This document shows positions 47,978-60,867 of a stretch of 64,000 nucleotides of DNA, in pieces; within the stretch, counting starts at the first letter, position 1; each line of letters opens with the position of its first letter. The notes below the pieces were generated by a model, which worked only from the letters and a program-made list of their open reading frames with translations, ran no database searches and had not been told where the DNA came from. A program made the translations under genes and the position numbers. The DNA is from Tubulanus polymorphus. Lineage: Eukaryota; Animalia; Nemertea. The stretch lies in the NCBI RefSeq assembly GCF_964204645.1, contig NC_134027.1, forward strand, positions 18,252,560 to 18,316,559, in the 5' to 3' direction.

Positions 47978-49395
47978 ATGGAAGTAGAAGGCGGAGAAGC
48001 TTATGAAATGGGAGAAATGGGAAATAATAATGATGGGTATATTGATGATGATTATAATGATGCTGAAACTAATATTGATAATGATGATGAAACAGCGTAT
48101 AGTTCTAATTTAACAAAGAGTGGTTCTGAAGACAAATTTGATAGAAGAACTAAATCGAGAATAAATCCTGAAAATGAAAATCCAGATTCAGTAAAACAAA
48201 ATTTAGAATATAATGAATATATTTATAATTTCAAACCTATATTTGAAAGATCTGGATTTAATATCAATGATAGAGGTGCTAGATATTTAGTAAGAGAATT
48301 AAAATCATTAGATGGTGAATATTATTATCATTTGAAAGATGATTATTATAATAATATCACTTATAAAAATCAAAACAAAATATTAGCAGAATCAACGTTG
48401 AGTAATTTAGAACCATCTAGAATTAAAAGAATAAGTAATAGTAATGAAATAGAAAATGTAATACAAGAAGAAATAAATCAAAATAAAAGAGTATTTAAAC
48501 AAAGAATTAATGACTTATTTGAAACAATCAATAATAATTAAGAACCAGAAACAACTTCTGGTAAACTTAAATCAAATAAAGTACCAATTGAAAACTTCTA
48601 CCAAATGGATTACTTGATGCAACAGATCAAGAATTAGAAGATTTAGATATATTTTCTGATAAAGCAATTAGAGAAATTATTAGTATAAGACTTGCATCTG
48701 ATAAAATTGCGCATGATAAAAGTATAAGAGATTTTAAAATTAGAACTTTGGAAAAAGATAGAACTGATAAAATTAAAGAAATAGAACAATTAAAATTAGA
48801 TAGAGATAATAAAGTTATTGAAGAAATTGAATTTAAAAAAAGAAATGCATATTTAGAAAAAGAAATTGATGATTTAGAATATAACATAGAATTACAAAAA
48901 GAAGAAATTAAATTATTTTTAAAATCATATGATTATAATATTAATAGATTAAAAGTTATTTTTAAAGATTTGTTGATAAAACCAAATTCTAAAATATCAT
49001 TGAAAGATAGAATAAAATTATTATTTAAATTAGAAGGTATAACAATTCTTTCAATTGTAACAGCTGTAACTATGGTATTTACAACAATTGGTTCAGCTAT
49101 TTCAAATTCATTTAAATCTACACCTACTCCTAATAAACCAGATAAACCACCAAATGATAATAATTCTATACAAGACAAAGTTAAGGATGGTTTAAAAAAA
49201 TTAGCAAAATATCTATGGGAACTATCTAAAAAATCTGCTGCAGCTTTACCCGGAGTTATAGCATCAATTGTTGGTTTTATATTGAAATCTGCTGGGAATA
49301 TTATTAACTTTGCTGCTGAACATATTATTTTATTTTTAATTACAGTTGTAAGTGCAATTATTTTTGGGTTAGTGAATATGATAAAAAATAGATAA
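47978..49395 (+). pseudogene. Homologue of the 480-aa coiled-coil/TM protein
   Basis: Two ORFs match the N- and C-terminal parts of 7582-9024. Confidence 0.85.
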
Positions 49396-49414
49396 TTAAT
49401 TTTTTGTTAAATAA

Positions 49415-50658
49415 ATGAGTGGGAGTTATGTAAATCCTTCTAAGAATCCTAGAATATCTAATGCTATTAAAGCAGAAAGATCTCATCATATAATTACTCA
49501 TAATCCTTCTAATATTAATCCTGATGAAACTTTATATGTTAGAATCCCTCGATTAACACAAAATACTTTTTATGTTCCAAATAGTATTTATTTATCAGCT
49601 GATATAAAAGTAACTGGTAATAATAATAATTATGTTGTTGATAATGTTGGAAGATATTTGATTAAAAAATTAACTATAAAGATTGGTCCAGAAACAGTTT
49701 TCTCATTAGATGATTATAATTTATTTACGCAATATAAAGATTTATGGTAACAAAAGAAAATAGAAATAATATGATATTTCAAGGCATCCAATCAGAAAAC
49801 CAAAATAAATTAAGATCAGGAGCTAATGACGCAATAGTAACTCGTATCGCAGATAATTTGATTAAAAAGATTTATGGAAGCAAATATAAAATTCCATTAG
49901 ACTTTGAATTGATAAATAATAATGCACCTTTATATAAATACGCAATTCAAGAAGATGTTATATTCGAAATAACATTTGCTCCTGTAAATGAAATTGTATT
50001 ATCTAGCGTTGTTAAAGATATGGGTTATAAATTATCGAATATATGTTTAGAGTATGATACAGTAACTGATGAAAATATTGCTAGCATAATTCAAACTCAA
50101 TACAACAACACAAGGGATTTTCATTATTATATGATTATATTGATAAATTTAAAACTGTAACTATTAATGCAAATGATGAAATTATTAATGAGAATATCAA
50201 CTTCCCAAGAAGATCTATTAAAATAAATTAATATTTTTCACAATTGACACATATTCTAATGGTGCAATAAATGTTGATAATTATTATAATCCTGAAATAA
50301 CAAAAGTAGAATTAACTATCGAAGGAATAGCAAATAAAATATTTTGCCAAGGAATGAGAATGATAGATCAGTGGCCAGAAATTAGAAAACATTTTATGAA
50401 TGAAAAAGTAAAATCATCTGAAAATTGTATTATTAATCAAATTGATTATTATACCGGTAATAAATATGCACTATGGTTAGATTTCAGAACAACAGAGGAT
50501 AATTTATTGCATGGATCTGGGAAAAAACTACAGAATACTAAAGATGGAATACAATTATTCATGACAAAGAAAAAAGGAAGCTTAAATTTCAAAATGCACA
50601 TTTATATTATATCTGACGCGCAATTAAATATTGTAAATTCTCAATTGAGTAGTGTTTT
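49415..50658 (+). pseudogene. MCP: Major capsid protein, frameshifted
   Basis: Three ORFs closely match 6381-7581. Confidence 0.8.
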
Positions 50659-51237
50659 CTGTAAAGCCATTCAGAATGATGGGAATTGTAGTAAATTGAA
50701 ATATCGATACATAGAATAAAATGCATTGACAGATTCGAACCTAATATGCAACCACTGCGTAAACGTCAAATATGATTCAGCTTTGAAACCGAACATACGT
50801 GGACGTACAATCACAAATATTAATATATTTGACCAGGCACTTATTTTGGCATTCAAACATCATGATACTGTATTATCACCATCCTTAAAAATGGATCTTT
50901 CTATTAAGAACTCATCTTAAGCACCTGCTGAGCCGATAGATTGAGTGAATTCACAGATAAGAACGTATTATGATTTAGAATAGATTAGATTTAAGAAGTT
51001 AATGTTTTTATTGAAATATTTGAATAAATACATATATTGTAGTGTAGATTCAATCAATAAATTATGAATTGATTTGGTCTGGGTTTCCGGCTGATGTTGA
51101 TTTTGGCTTTTATGGATTACAAATTCTACAGTGATAAACAATTGATACCTGCAACATGTGTGTAAATCAAACCTATTCCACTAGTTGCGTGTGTTTCCTA
51201 ATAAACGGGAGAGTCACTCTTGATCTGAGTTATTAGA

Positions 51238-51803
51238 ACTAGGGGTCCAGGGACACCATGCCCACTTGGGAAGTGGTTCCAAATGCTCAACAATCTAACA
51301 ATTCAGGTATTAAAGGTATAAAACATCCCTTTTCAAAGAATACCCATCACAAATTGCAATGAGAAATGGCAAACTCAGAATTCGGGCCAAAATTGACATT
51401 TTTGGGCACTAAAAAAGGTCATAGGACGGCCATCTTGAGTCCGTATCCCAATTTTATGCTGCAAAGTTATGCTGATGGGCCCAGGGGCATTCACATATAT
51501 CCGAAAGATCAAGGTAATTGATCAAAGCATCTTCAAAATTTCCCTCAAAAAGTTCAAAAATGTGTAAAAAGTGTTGATTTTGGCGAACAACAATGGCTGC
51601 CAGTCGGCCATCTTGATTCTGACAGGGCCAGTTTTTGAGCTGAAGATGTGTCTAGGGTAGATACATGTGAAACCCAAATATCAAGACATTACATTGAAGC
51701 GTCTTCAAAACTTCCTGAAATAACTGATTTCCGTCTACGGACGGACGACGGACGAAAAGTGAACGCAATAGCCCGCTGGGACTAAAGTCCCTAGTGGGCT
51801 AAA
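51238..51803. mobile_element. Second copy of the Helentron/DINE-like element, lacking the internal tandem array
   Basis: Same ends as 43822-45080; stem-loop GGGACTAAAGTCCC. Confidence 0.65.
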
Positions 51804-54740
51804 AATAATGTTCATTTAGTCATAGAAATTCATTGCCTTTTTGGAGTTTCTGTAATAATATTTGTTCTGCCCTAATTTTTATTACTGTATGAACCAATGA
51901 TATGCTTTGTAAATATGATGTAATGAAATAAATTTGAATTAAATTTGAACATGAGAATCAAGCATAACTTGTGTTTTTTCAACTTGTCTTACTTGTCTTT
52001 TGTTAACAGTTCCAGAGTTTCAATTACAATCAAATCCAAATTGGCTGAAAAGTACATAGGACTAAATGAAATGAACGGTTAGTTACTGCAAACCTATTCC
52101 AGTGTTATGTCGATCGTGTTGAATCACTTTCCTTGAGTTGAAAGAATCAGATCTTCTATGGTACAACATCGGTCATCTTGGTGTTGACTGTCCTTGACCA
52201 TCTAACTTCATGCGTTTGACATTGGAATTTAGCATCATACCCATTTGAACTGCAAAATATTCATACAACATGAAAACCTACAGTACATGTATACAGTATT
52301 AATCAAACTTTCACCGATGTTGGATATTTGAATGAACATTAGGTTTATTTCAGTACTCTAAAGCAGGAAGTAATAAGCCCAATCAATAGGCCCTATTTCC
52401 ATTGGAACAATTATATAATGCGTACAGCTGTACCGTACACTTATCAGTCAAGAATGGAGAAATCGGTATACCAAACCTACGAACAGCAAAATGTACAGGC
52501 CTACAATGATTTCTGGTAATACAAGCCGTGACCTCATGAACGTTTTGGTTTGACTATTAATGTCAGCAGGTCAGAGAAGGCCTGGCCAAACTTAATCACA
52601 TGGCTCAAATCAATTAGCCTTTCTGCGTGTGAATATTTCACTGTATTGTTTTAAAAATAGGCCTATCGAGTGAATTAGTACATAGACTGAATTAGACTTT
52701 AGGCTAGTCCTGACCAAATCCTATCCATATTATAATGGCACCAGTTATAGTAACATCACTGTAGGGCCGACGAGAGGGAAAAAGTTGTGTTTGTAGTACA
52801 TAGGCATGGTAGGCGTGTCGTACTCACTTAATACTTAAAACGCTGTTGTTACCTGTACGTGACTGTACGGTGATTTCTACAGGTTAGCCATATGTGAGTA
52901 CGTTGACGCTCAGACTTGCAATATTGGGATTCGAAACCAAACGAAAAAAAAATCCAGTAGTAGTCCAGTGATTTACCCACTGTGCCACAGAACGTAACTG
53001 GTGGGTGGATGAAATTTGATTTACAAATAGCCTAGCCTCACCTAACCCAAACTCTATTCTTTTACGCATGCGCGTTTGCAGATTATAGGAACTCACGTAC
53101 AGCGTTTTTAGGGAACTCACGTACGGTTAACCTGTGGATATCACCGTACAGTCACGTACGCGTTACAATTTCGTACTTAAAATGGTATTGGCTACTAGGA
53201 ACTCACGTACGGCGTAAGTAGGGAACTCACGTATGGTTAACCTGTGGATATCACCGTACAGTCACGTACGCGTTACAGTTTCGTACTTAAAATGGTATTG
53301 GCTACTAGGAACTCACGTATGGCATTATAGACTTAGTAGGGACCTCACGTACGCGGTTAACCTGTGGAGATCACCGTACAGTCACGTGCGGTTAACAACT
53401 ACGTACTTAAAATGGTATTGGCTTCTATATAATAGGCCTATAGACAAATAAATACCGGTAGGCTTTCTTATAATCTTAGCTTCCACACTTCACAACCGAA
53501 CCAAATGACCAACCAGTATATTTAGTCCCAGTACGCACCAACCGGCACAGGCCTAACACTGTTTGTCAACTGTGTGTACCGTTGTAGGCTATCGATAATC
53601 ACCTGATACTTTTCTGTCGTTTGTTTTCTCTCTGGCATCAGACCACAATTAGGTTAGTAGCTCGAAGATGCGTAGGGCCGGACCCCAAAAATAGTACCTA
53701 GAGTGAAGAAGAGGTCCCCCATAAATGTTGCCATAATTTCTGCAAATGGGATAGGTAACGAATTTCGGTTATATGTATGAAATCCATTGATCCTGAGAGA
53801 CAGATCGATGATGAAATAAGGGATTCCCTGGACTTTTTTTGCTTGGAGTAAGGGTACCAAACACGGTGGGGGATTCCCTTAGATATTTGGCTCGGATGTA
53901 CTGGCATACCTGTACTGGGATACCCCTCCTTTCTAAAGGTTTGATTATTTCAAAAGTTAGGTTGGGTATGTGGGGCGAAAACCACTTCAATGCGTAGCTA
54001 AGATGCTGGCCTATGAGCCATAAGCAGGATTTCCCCTGAATTTACGCGCTTATATATGAACTAAACTCTCGAATTTCTTGTTTTTACTATAGGATATAGA
54101 AGATTTTGGAATAGTGGTCTGAGCTCCTCTGAGACGAAGACGACCGTAATTCTAGTAGCCTTCCGCGACTCAACGACCTTGATTCAAACTTGATCAATTC
54201 AAAGTCTGTTTATTGACGCTTTTGGTTACATGAACTGATCAGCAATATACTAAATAAAACAACCGGAATAACAAGAAATCAAAAATATTAAAGAGGTAAC
54301 AAACAAATGCCCGTAAACCTGTCAGACACGCGAACGACGGACTCGTAAACTCTTGGACTCGGACCCGCTGAGCAATAAATTCATAAAATTGACTTTGAAA
54401 TTGATTGTGGAGAAGAGAGGGAATTATTCGATAGCTCTCCCTCGAAAAGAAGAGAGAAATATCGGTAAGAAAACACAACATGGCTACTAATTGAATGGAG
54501 CCAAATTTCCGATGTTTACGGCTCGACAGTGCCTTTATAACGTGGATTTATCAAAATTCCCATGCAGTATCTGGAGATTGAAGTGAGCTGAAGGACATCA
54601 TACGGATTGTATCGGCGACGGCGGTAAGGTAAGGAAGCCTTTACACTTTTAACAAAAACTATGTGGAAAAGGAAAAAAAAAATAATAATAATCACGCGAA
54701 TTTCAATAGGGTTTTCTGTGAAGAAACAGAAAACCCTAAT

Positions 54741-56590
54741 AAGTAAAATAGATAATAATATTGAAAAAAAATAGAAGATAATATTGAACCTAAAATAGAA
54801 GATAATATTGAATCTAAAATAGAAGATAATATTGATTCTACATCTAATAATAATGAAAATATAGATATTATACCTTCTACATCTAATAATGATATAAAAG
54901 TTAAATCTGATATCAAAACCAAAAAGGCAAATGAAAAATATTGTGACTTATGTAAGAAATATATATCATATAAAAATTGGGCATCACATAAGAAATCAAA
55001 GAAACATGTAGAAAAAGAAAATAATAATAATGATAATAATATATCAGATAGTAATATAATTGTTAATTTATAAATAATTTTAATACAATTGAAACTAATG
55101 ATACCATAGATAATATAACAGATAATGTAATAAATAATGTTAACCCAATTGAAACTAATTATAATGATATAACAGATAATGAAATAATTGATGATTCTAA
55201 AAAACATTGTAACATTTGTAATTTAGATATTTCTAAAAGTAATTTTTCTAAACATAAAAAATCTCAAGCGCATATAGAAAATGAAAGGGTGTTAGAAGAA
55301 CATGACAAGAAATTAGAAGAAATAGAAAGAAATAAAACGTGTCAATATTGTAATAAGAAAATTGAACCTGTTGATGAAAATACTCATTATAAATCAAAAT
55401 AACATCTAATTAATGTTTATAAAATGGCGAGTATGATACCATTGTTAAATAACCCAAATGAATATATCAAATATTTTAATCCTAAAAAAAAAAAATTTTA
55501 TATATTCTATAAGCTGTTATTTGATGAATTATTAGTTTATGCAGAAGATAATCCTGAACAAATATATAAATTATTATATTCGAGAAAAATAGATTTAAGT
55601 TATCTAATACAAAATTTTGGATATCATTTTGATTTTTATGATTTTTATGAATACTTTGAAAAATTAAGAAAAGAAGCTAATATACCTACTAATTATCGTC
55701 TAAAGATGACTCGACTAGAATTAATAAATCTACCTAAGAATTATGGTGAATTAGATATAAACAAAGATGATTTTATAAATGTATTAAAACAAAATTAGAA
55801 TAATAATTATAAAACTATTTATATATCTATATACTAGACGTACGTAAGAATCTTGGTAAGAATCTTGGTAAGAATTCTTACTCGTACGTCTTGTACATAG
55901 ATATATAAACAGTTTCAGAATAACTATTCTAAATATAGATTTTATATATATTTGTACCCCTGTGTAAACATAAATTATAACATAGTTTTAATATATAATT
56001 TATTCATTATTATATATTTCATTTAATAATTTATATATGTATGTACTAGATGTACGAGTAAGAATCCAAGAATTCTTACTTACTTACTTTCTTGGCAAGA
56101 ATCTTGGATTCTTACTCGTACGTCTAGTACATAGATGTATAAATAGTTTCTATAATATTTCAAATTTTATTTTATAAATTTATATTCATAGGGAAATTGT
56201 AGTCTCAGAAGTAATTTTAAACCTTTATTATTCTTTAATTTATTCATATATTCATCATGTAATTCAGTAGGTATAATTTGATTTTCTTCCAATGATTGTT
56301 GCATAGATTTTCTATCTTTGTTATAAAATAAAACTAAAAATCTTATGTTCTCCCTAAAATCTTTAACAATTGAATTATATTTTTGATTTAAAACCCATGT
56401 TGTTATCCCAAAATGTCTCCCAGAGAAAGCTAGATAACATAACTCACTTTCTCTCACTTTTGAATCATGTAAATTTGCACAATCATCTATAATGAATAAT
56501 GAATTTGATCCTTTATAAATATCAATTGCTATTTTAATACAATTATCTAAATTTTCTTTTACTGTTTTAGGATCTAATATAATAAATTAT
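54741..56590. mobile_element. Polinton fragment G (probably a continuation of F): variable Zn-finger gene (+), double hairpin and 3' part of the ATPase (-)
   Basis: KIEDNIEPKIEDNIESK repeat. The ATPase ORF at 56167-56457 is nearly identical to part of 28124-28699. Confidence 0.85.
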
Positions 56591-57974
56591 AAAATAATAA
56601 ACTAATATAATAAAATAAATAAAAATCCCCTAGCTTTCTCTCCGACTGAGGAGGAAATAGAGGACTGCGTCCACCGCTACAATTATTTCCGGCCCCCACA
56701 GCCGACCTGCGCAGGCGTTTAGCTTAAAAAGAGAATAATAGATACCAACTAAATAAAACGAGGAGCATTCACCAATTTTTGGCCTCTCCCACTAGAGGGT
56801 GCCCTCAATGCTTCCCCTTTTGGAAGACTTACATGATGCCCAAAACACTTCAACCCACAAGATTCTCCACGAATATTTTATGGTGTCACTGAATCCCAAA
56901 ATGCACACGCCAAAAATCCTTTCCTCAAATGATAGTAAATCCGACACCACAAATATAGTTTAGGGAAAAAGGCAAAGATTTAGAATTTTATGTATATGAT
57001 GATATTCTCTTGAATACTATTTATTATTTCTTGGAAATATTCAAACAATAAACAATATATACACAACCTCGAGGTTATCCAAAGGAGGAGATTAGCAAAG
57101 GCATATTGCCCTTAATACAAGTGCACGACTCGCGCCAGAAACCACTAGTATTAAGAATAAAGATTTCAGATAGTCTAACATTACGACTCAATAATAGTTG
57201 CTTAAACCCTGCGCTCTACGCTAAAGAAAATGTAACTCTAAGTGCTCCTAATAAAGATAAGAATTTTCGCTATATTTGATCATAGTTCCAGTTAAGTACT
57301 TATTTAATTATTTTTCCTATTATGTTTATGTAAGAGATGGTATCTATTCCGAAAACTCAAAAGTTGATGAATAAACCAAGAGAGGAAATCGGAAAGAAGA
57401 ATACTTTTGGGGACTAATTCAAAGGAAAAAGCCTCCTTGAACCCTGCGAGATTGTTTTCCGAAAACATCTTGGAAGAAAAACAACTTTGAGAATAAGGAC
57501 CAAGAAATATTTAACTAAAGAGAATCAGTGCTAAGTATGACTTACTAAGAAAATTAGAATAATCCCTCCCCCCATAGTTCGAAATCTTAGTAATACACAC
57601 CTAAGAATGTGCACCGAGACTAATTAATAAAGCACATTTTTGCCTTTTTATAGAGCCAAGATTATGACATAACCCCATCTAATTGGCTAAAACAAAGCAC
57701 CCCGAGCACACAATATAATTAAGAACCGTATAGTGGCGCCATCTCGGGCACAGAGCACAGCATAGAAATATCGATTTAAGCACGGGAATATCGATTGAGG
57801 CACATTAACTTGAAAAATACAAAACGGGAGTGACCCGAACTCATAGAAAAGGTCTTCAAGTACAGTTTTTGAATTCAAACTAAATCATACAATATTTCAT
57901 TAAGATAGAAATAAAAACGTTTCTAATCTGCCAGACCGAAGTCCATAGCATTTAACATTCTTGCCTCAGAATTA

Positions 57975-58722
57975 CAGGTCGTAAGGTCGAAAAATAAATT
58001 CTCGCACACTCGAATTTATTTTTCGACCATTCAACCTTTGATATAGAACAACTAATACCCTATTACTTAAAATCTAAATGTGTTAAATTCTTGATTTTAA
58101 CATAAAAAGTACGAGTAATTAACAAGTGAAAACTTGCGTCGAGAAATATTAGGAATATTATAATATGAATATATATATATATTTATATGTGTTAAATTCT
58201 TGATTTTAACACTAAATTCTTATTTTAACATAAAAGTAACGAGGAATTAACGAGTTGAAGAAAATATCAATTTAGATGAAAAATTTGATATTAAATGGAA
58301 GCAAATAAGTACTACTGTCCAACATGTAAAATGAATATAGATAAATCTCAAAAATCAAGACACAATAAAACTAAATCTCATTTAGAAAATAAATTAAAAT
58401 TAGAATATAAAGATGAAATATTAGAAAATAAATTAGAAGAATTAAAGAATGAAAAAGAAATATATAAATGTGATAAGTACTACTGTCCGACATGTAAAAT
58501 AAATATAGATAAATCTCAAAAATCAAGACACAATAACTAAATCTCACTTAGAGAATAGATTAAAGTTAGAATATAAAGATGAAATATTAGAAACTAAATT
58601 AGAAGAATTAAAGAATGGAAAAGAAATATATAAATGTAATACATGTAATCAATCATTCAGTGAAAAAAGATATCATAAAGAACATTTAAAGTCTAAAACT
58701 CATATTAGAAATATGAATAATG
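57975..58722 (+). mobile_element. Polinton end fragment H: short-variant hairpin plus pPolB N-terminus with a tandemly duplicated Zn finger
   Basis: TCGAAAAATAAATTC-TCGCACACTC-GAATTTATTTTTCGA...CCCTATTACT, then MEANKYYCPTC at 58295. Confidence 0.85.
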
Positions 58723-60867
58723 AGTCAATTCTCAATGCGGAAGTTTTTGTCATTACGAAATTTTCAGTCGGCGACGGACGTTTATCGTTGTAAGTGATGT
58801 AATATAATAAACAGGGAAACCTATCTCAATTTGTTTTTAGCGATGCAGCGGAACTAATAAGGGACATTTTGATATATAACATGACCATAGAACACTATCC
58901 CTGATGGAATAATAAGCTCCACTCGACAAACTCGTTCCCGTGCATTTTTAGGGTCATCCTTATTACCGAGATGACGTATTTTACCAAGATGAACCGAGAT
59001 GAAATGAAATATAGCATATTTATTTATTCCTTATCGATTTAAACGCTTGATATCATGTTATATCAGTAATAAATACCTTCTAGAGTCATATTTTACATAT
59101 TTTTTTTATTTAAAAAAATCTTGACTTCAAATACGTAAACTCGGGTAGCAATAAAATCTCATTGAATTTGATAGATCGACGATCTCATCTCGGAAAAGTT
59201 AAAGTTATTTTTCTCTGTTTCAGCACACAGTCCCTCTACCATCAATGCCTAACCCCTGTTCGACCAACTTTGGGCGTTTTCCTTTGAAATATAAGCCTAA
59301 TTGTAAAAGATAAGCATTAATCTAAGTTAATGCTGCATCTTTATCATGAAACCTAAGAAAGATTTCTATTATTTAGGCCTATTCAAATTTTCTGTCCACT
59401 ACCGCGTGGAAAAAAGACCCAGTCAAAATTGTGCATCACGCTTTGACGAAGAAATCGGTTCTAGCCTATAAATTTTACGACTCAAACGAATCTTGTTCTC
59501 AAAAAAGCCGCTTTTAGTTTGATGCAAAATGTCATTTGCTTTTAAAATGTGTAACTAGGCCTAATCAAAAGGATATTTCAAAAGCAAACTTTGCCGGGCC
59601 AAGACTGGCAAGAGCCATATTGAATTCAATTTTTTCCGAACCATTATGCCTCTTTCATCATAACATTATTTATCCTATTTCAAGATCTTAGGCCTACAAG
59701 TAGAAAGAGGGCCTACGTTGGGTTCAAATCGGAATTTTAAGATTTATTTCATTTAATTCCAGGTTTTCACTGTAGATTATTAAAGACATGTGGAGTTGTG
59801 GGAATTCACAGTTGTTTGATAATCCATCATTTGTAAGTGTAAGGCTATTTGAGGGATTCGAAACCGTCACATTATTTTGTGTAGCTTTATTATGTTTAAT
59901 TCCAGATGTTTATCATGACACGGTTCATTTTGGGGGTTTGCCAGCGAGTTGGTATGCTGTCGGCAGAAGTAGTTTGATAATTCGTTGCATGTAAGTAAAC
60001 AGCTATTTGAAGGATTCGAAACCGAAATCTGTATTGTGAATTTTTTTGTTGTATTTTGTTTGATTCTAGGTGTTTATCATGAATAGGACATGATTCATTT
60101 TGGGAGTTTGTCTGAGAGTTTGTATACTGTCAAATGAAGTTTCTTCGTCAATTTGTCGTATGTAAGTATCAATCTATAGGTTATATATTAGGGGTTCGAT
60201 ACAGAAATTTGGTGAATTCCTCAGATTTATTTTAATTTATTCCAGGTTGTTATCAGAAAAATATGTATTTCATAGGTTGGTCTTAGATTGAAAACTAAAA
60301 ATGGATGATAGTTCTAAATTTGATGTTGATTCACATGACCAATCTAGTAAGTATGGCTCACTCATCTTTTAGAATAAGAGACCTATTGCATTAATCCTTC
60401 AATTCAAGTTGCTATACAACCTTTTATACAGATATTTACCTTATCAATATAAACATGTATTTGCCATTAGCCATAAAATTCAGTAAAACTTTTCCCGTCC
60501 AGATTTTGAAACGTCATTTGACTCAATTTTTCCTCCTAGAAAATTGCTTTAGCTTATTCCAATGTTCGCAGTAAAAGTGAATTGTAGCATGTATGATTCC
60601 CATCCATCAATTTTGTCTTGTTTCGTATTTTCAGCGAAAATCATCGCGAAAAAGTCTGACGTCGAGGCAGGTGGTGGCCAGAAAAAGAAATATTATTGGG
60701 AAATATTTAAAGACGCATGGCAAACACACTTATTGTTCACTTTTTTCCTATCCTTATTTTGAAATTGAAGTATTGTAATAAACTATTGATTTATTTTTGT
60801 TGATCAACGGAACTAGTTTTGTTGTTTTGTTTCTTAATTTACATTTGATTTGGATGGTCATCTTGCG

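Larger units (their letters stand above)
40780..50658 (+). mobile_element. Polinton fragment F: structural block from the 113-aa gene tail to MCP, interrupted by a ~4.5-kb nested insertion
   Basis: Colinear (inverted) with 6381-11560 of copy A. The 430-aa homologue stops at ~43192 and resumes at ~47746. Confidence 0.9.
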
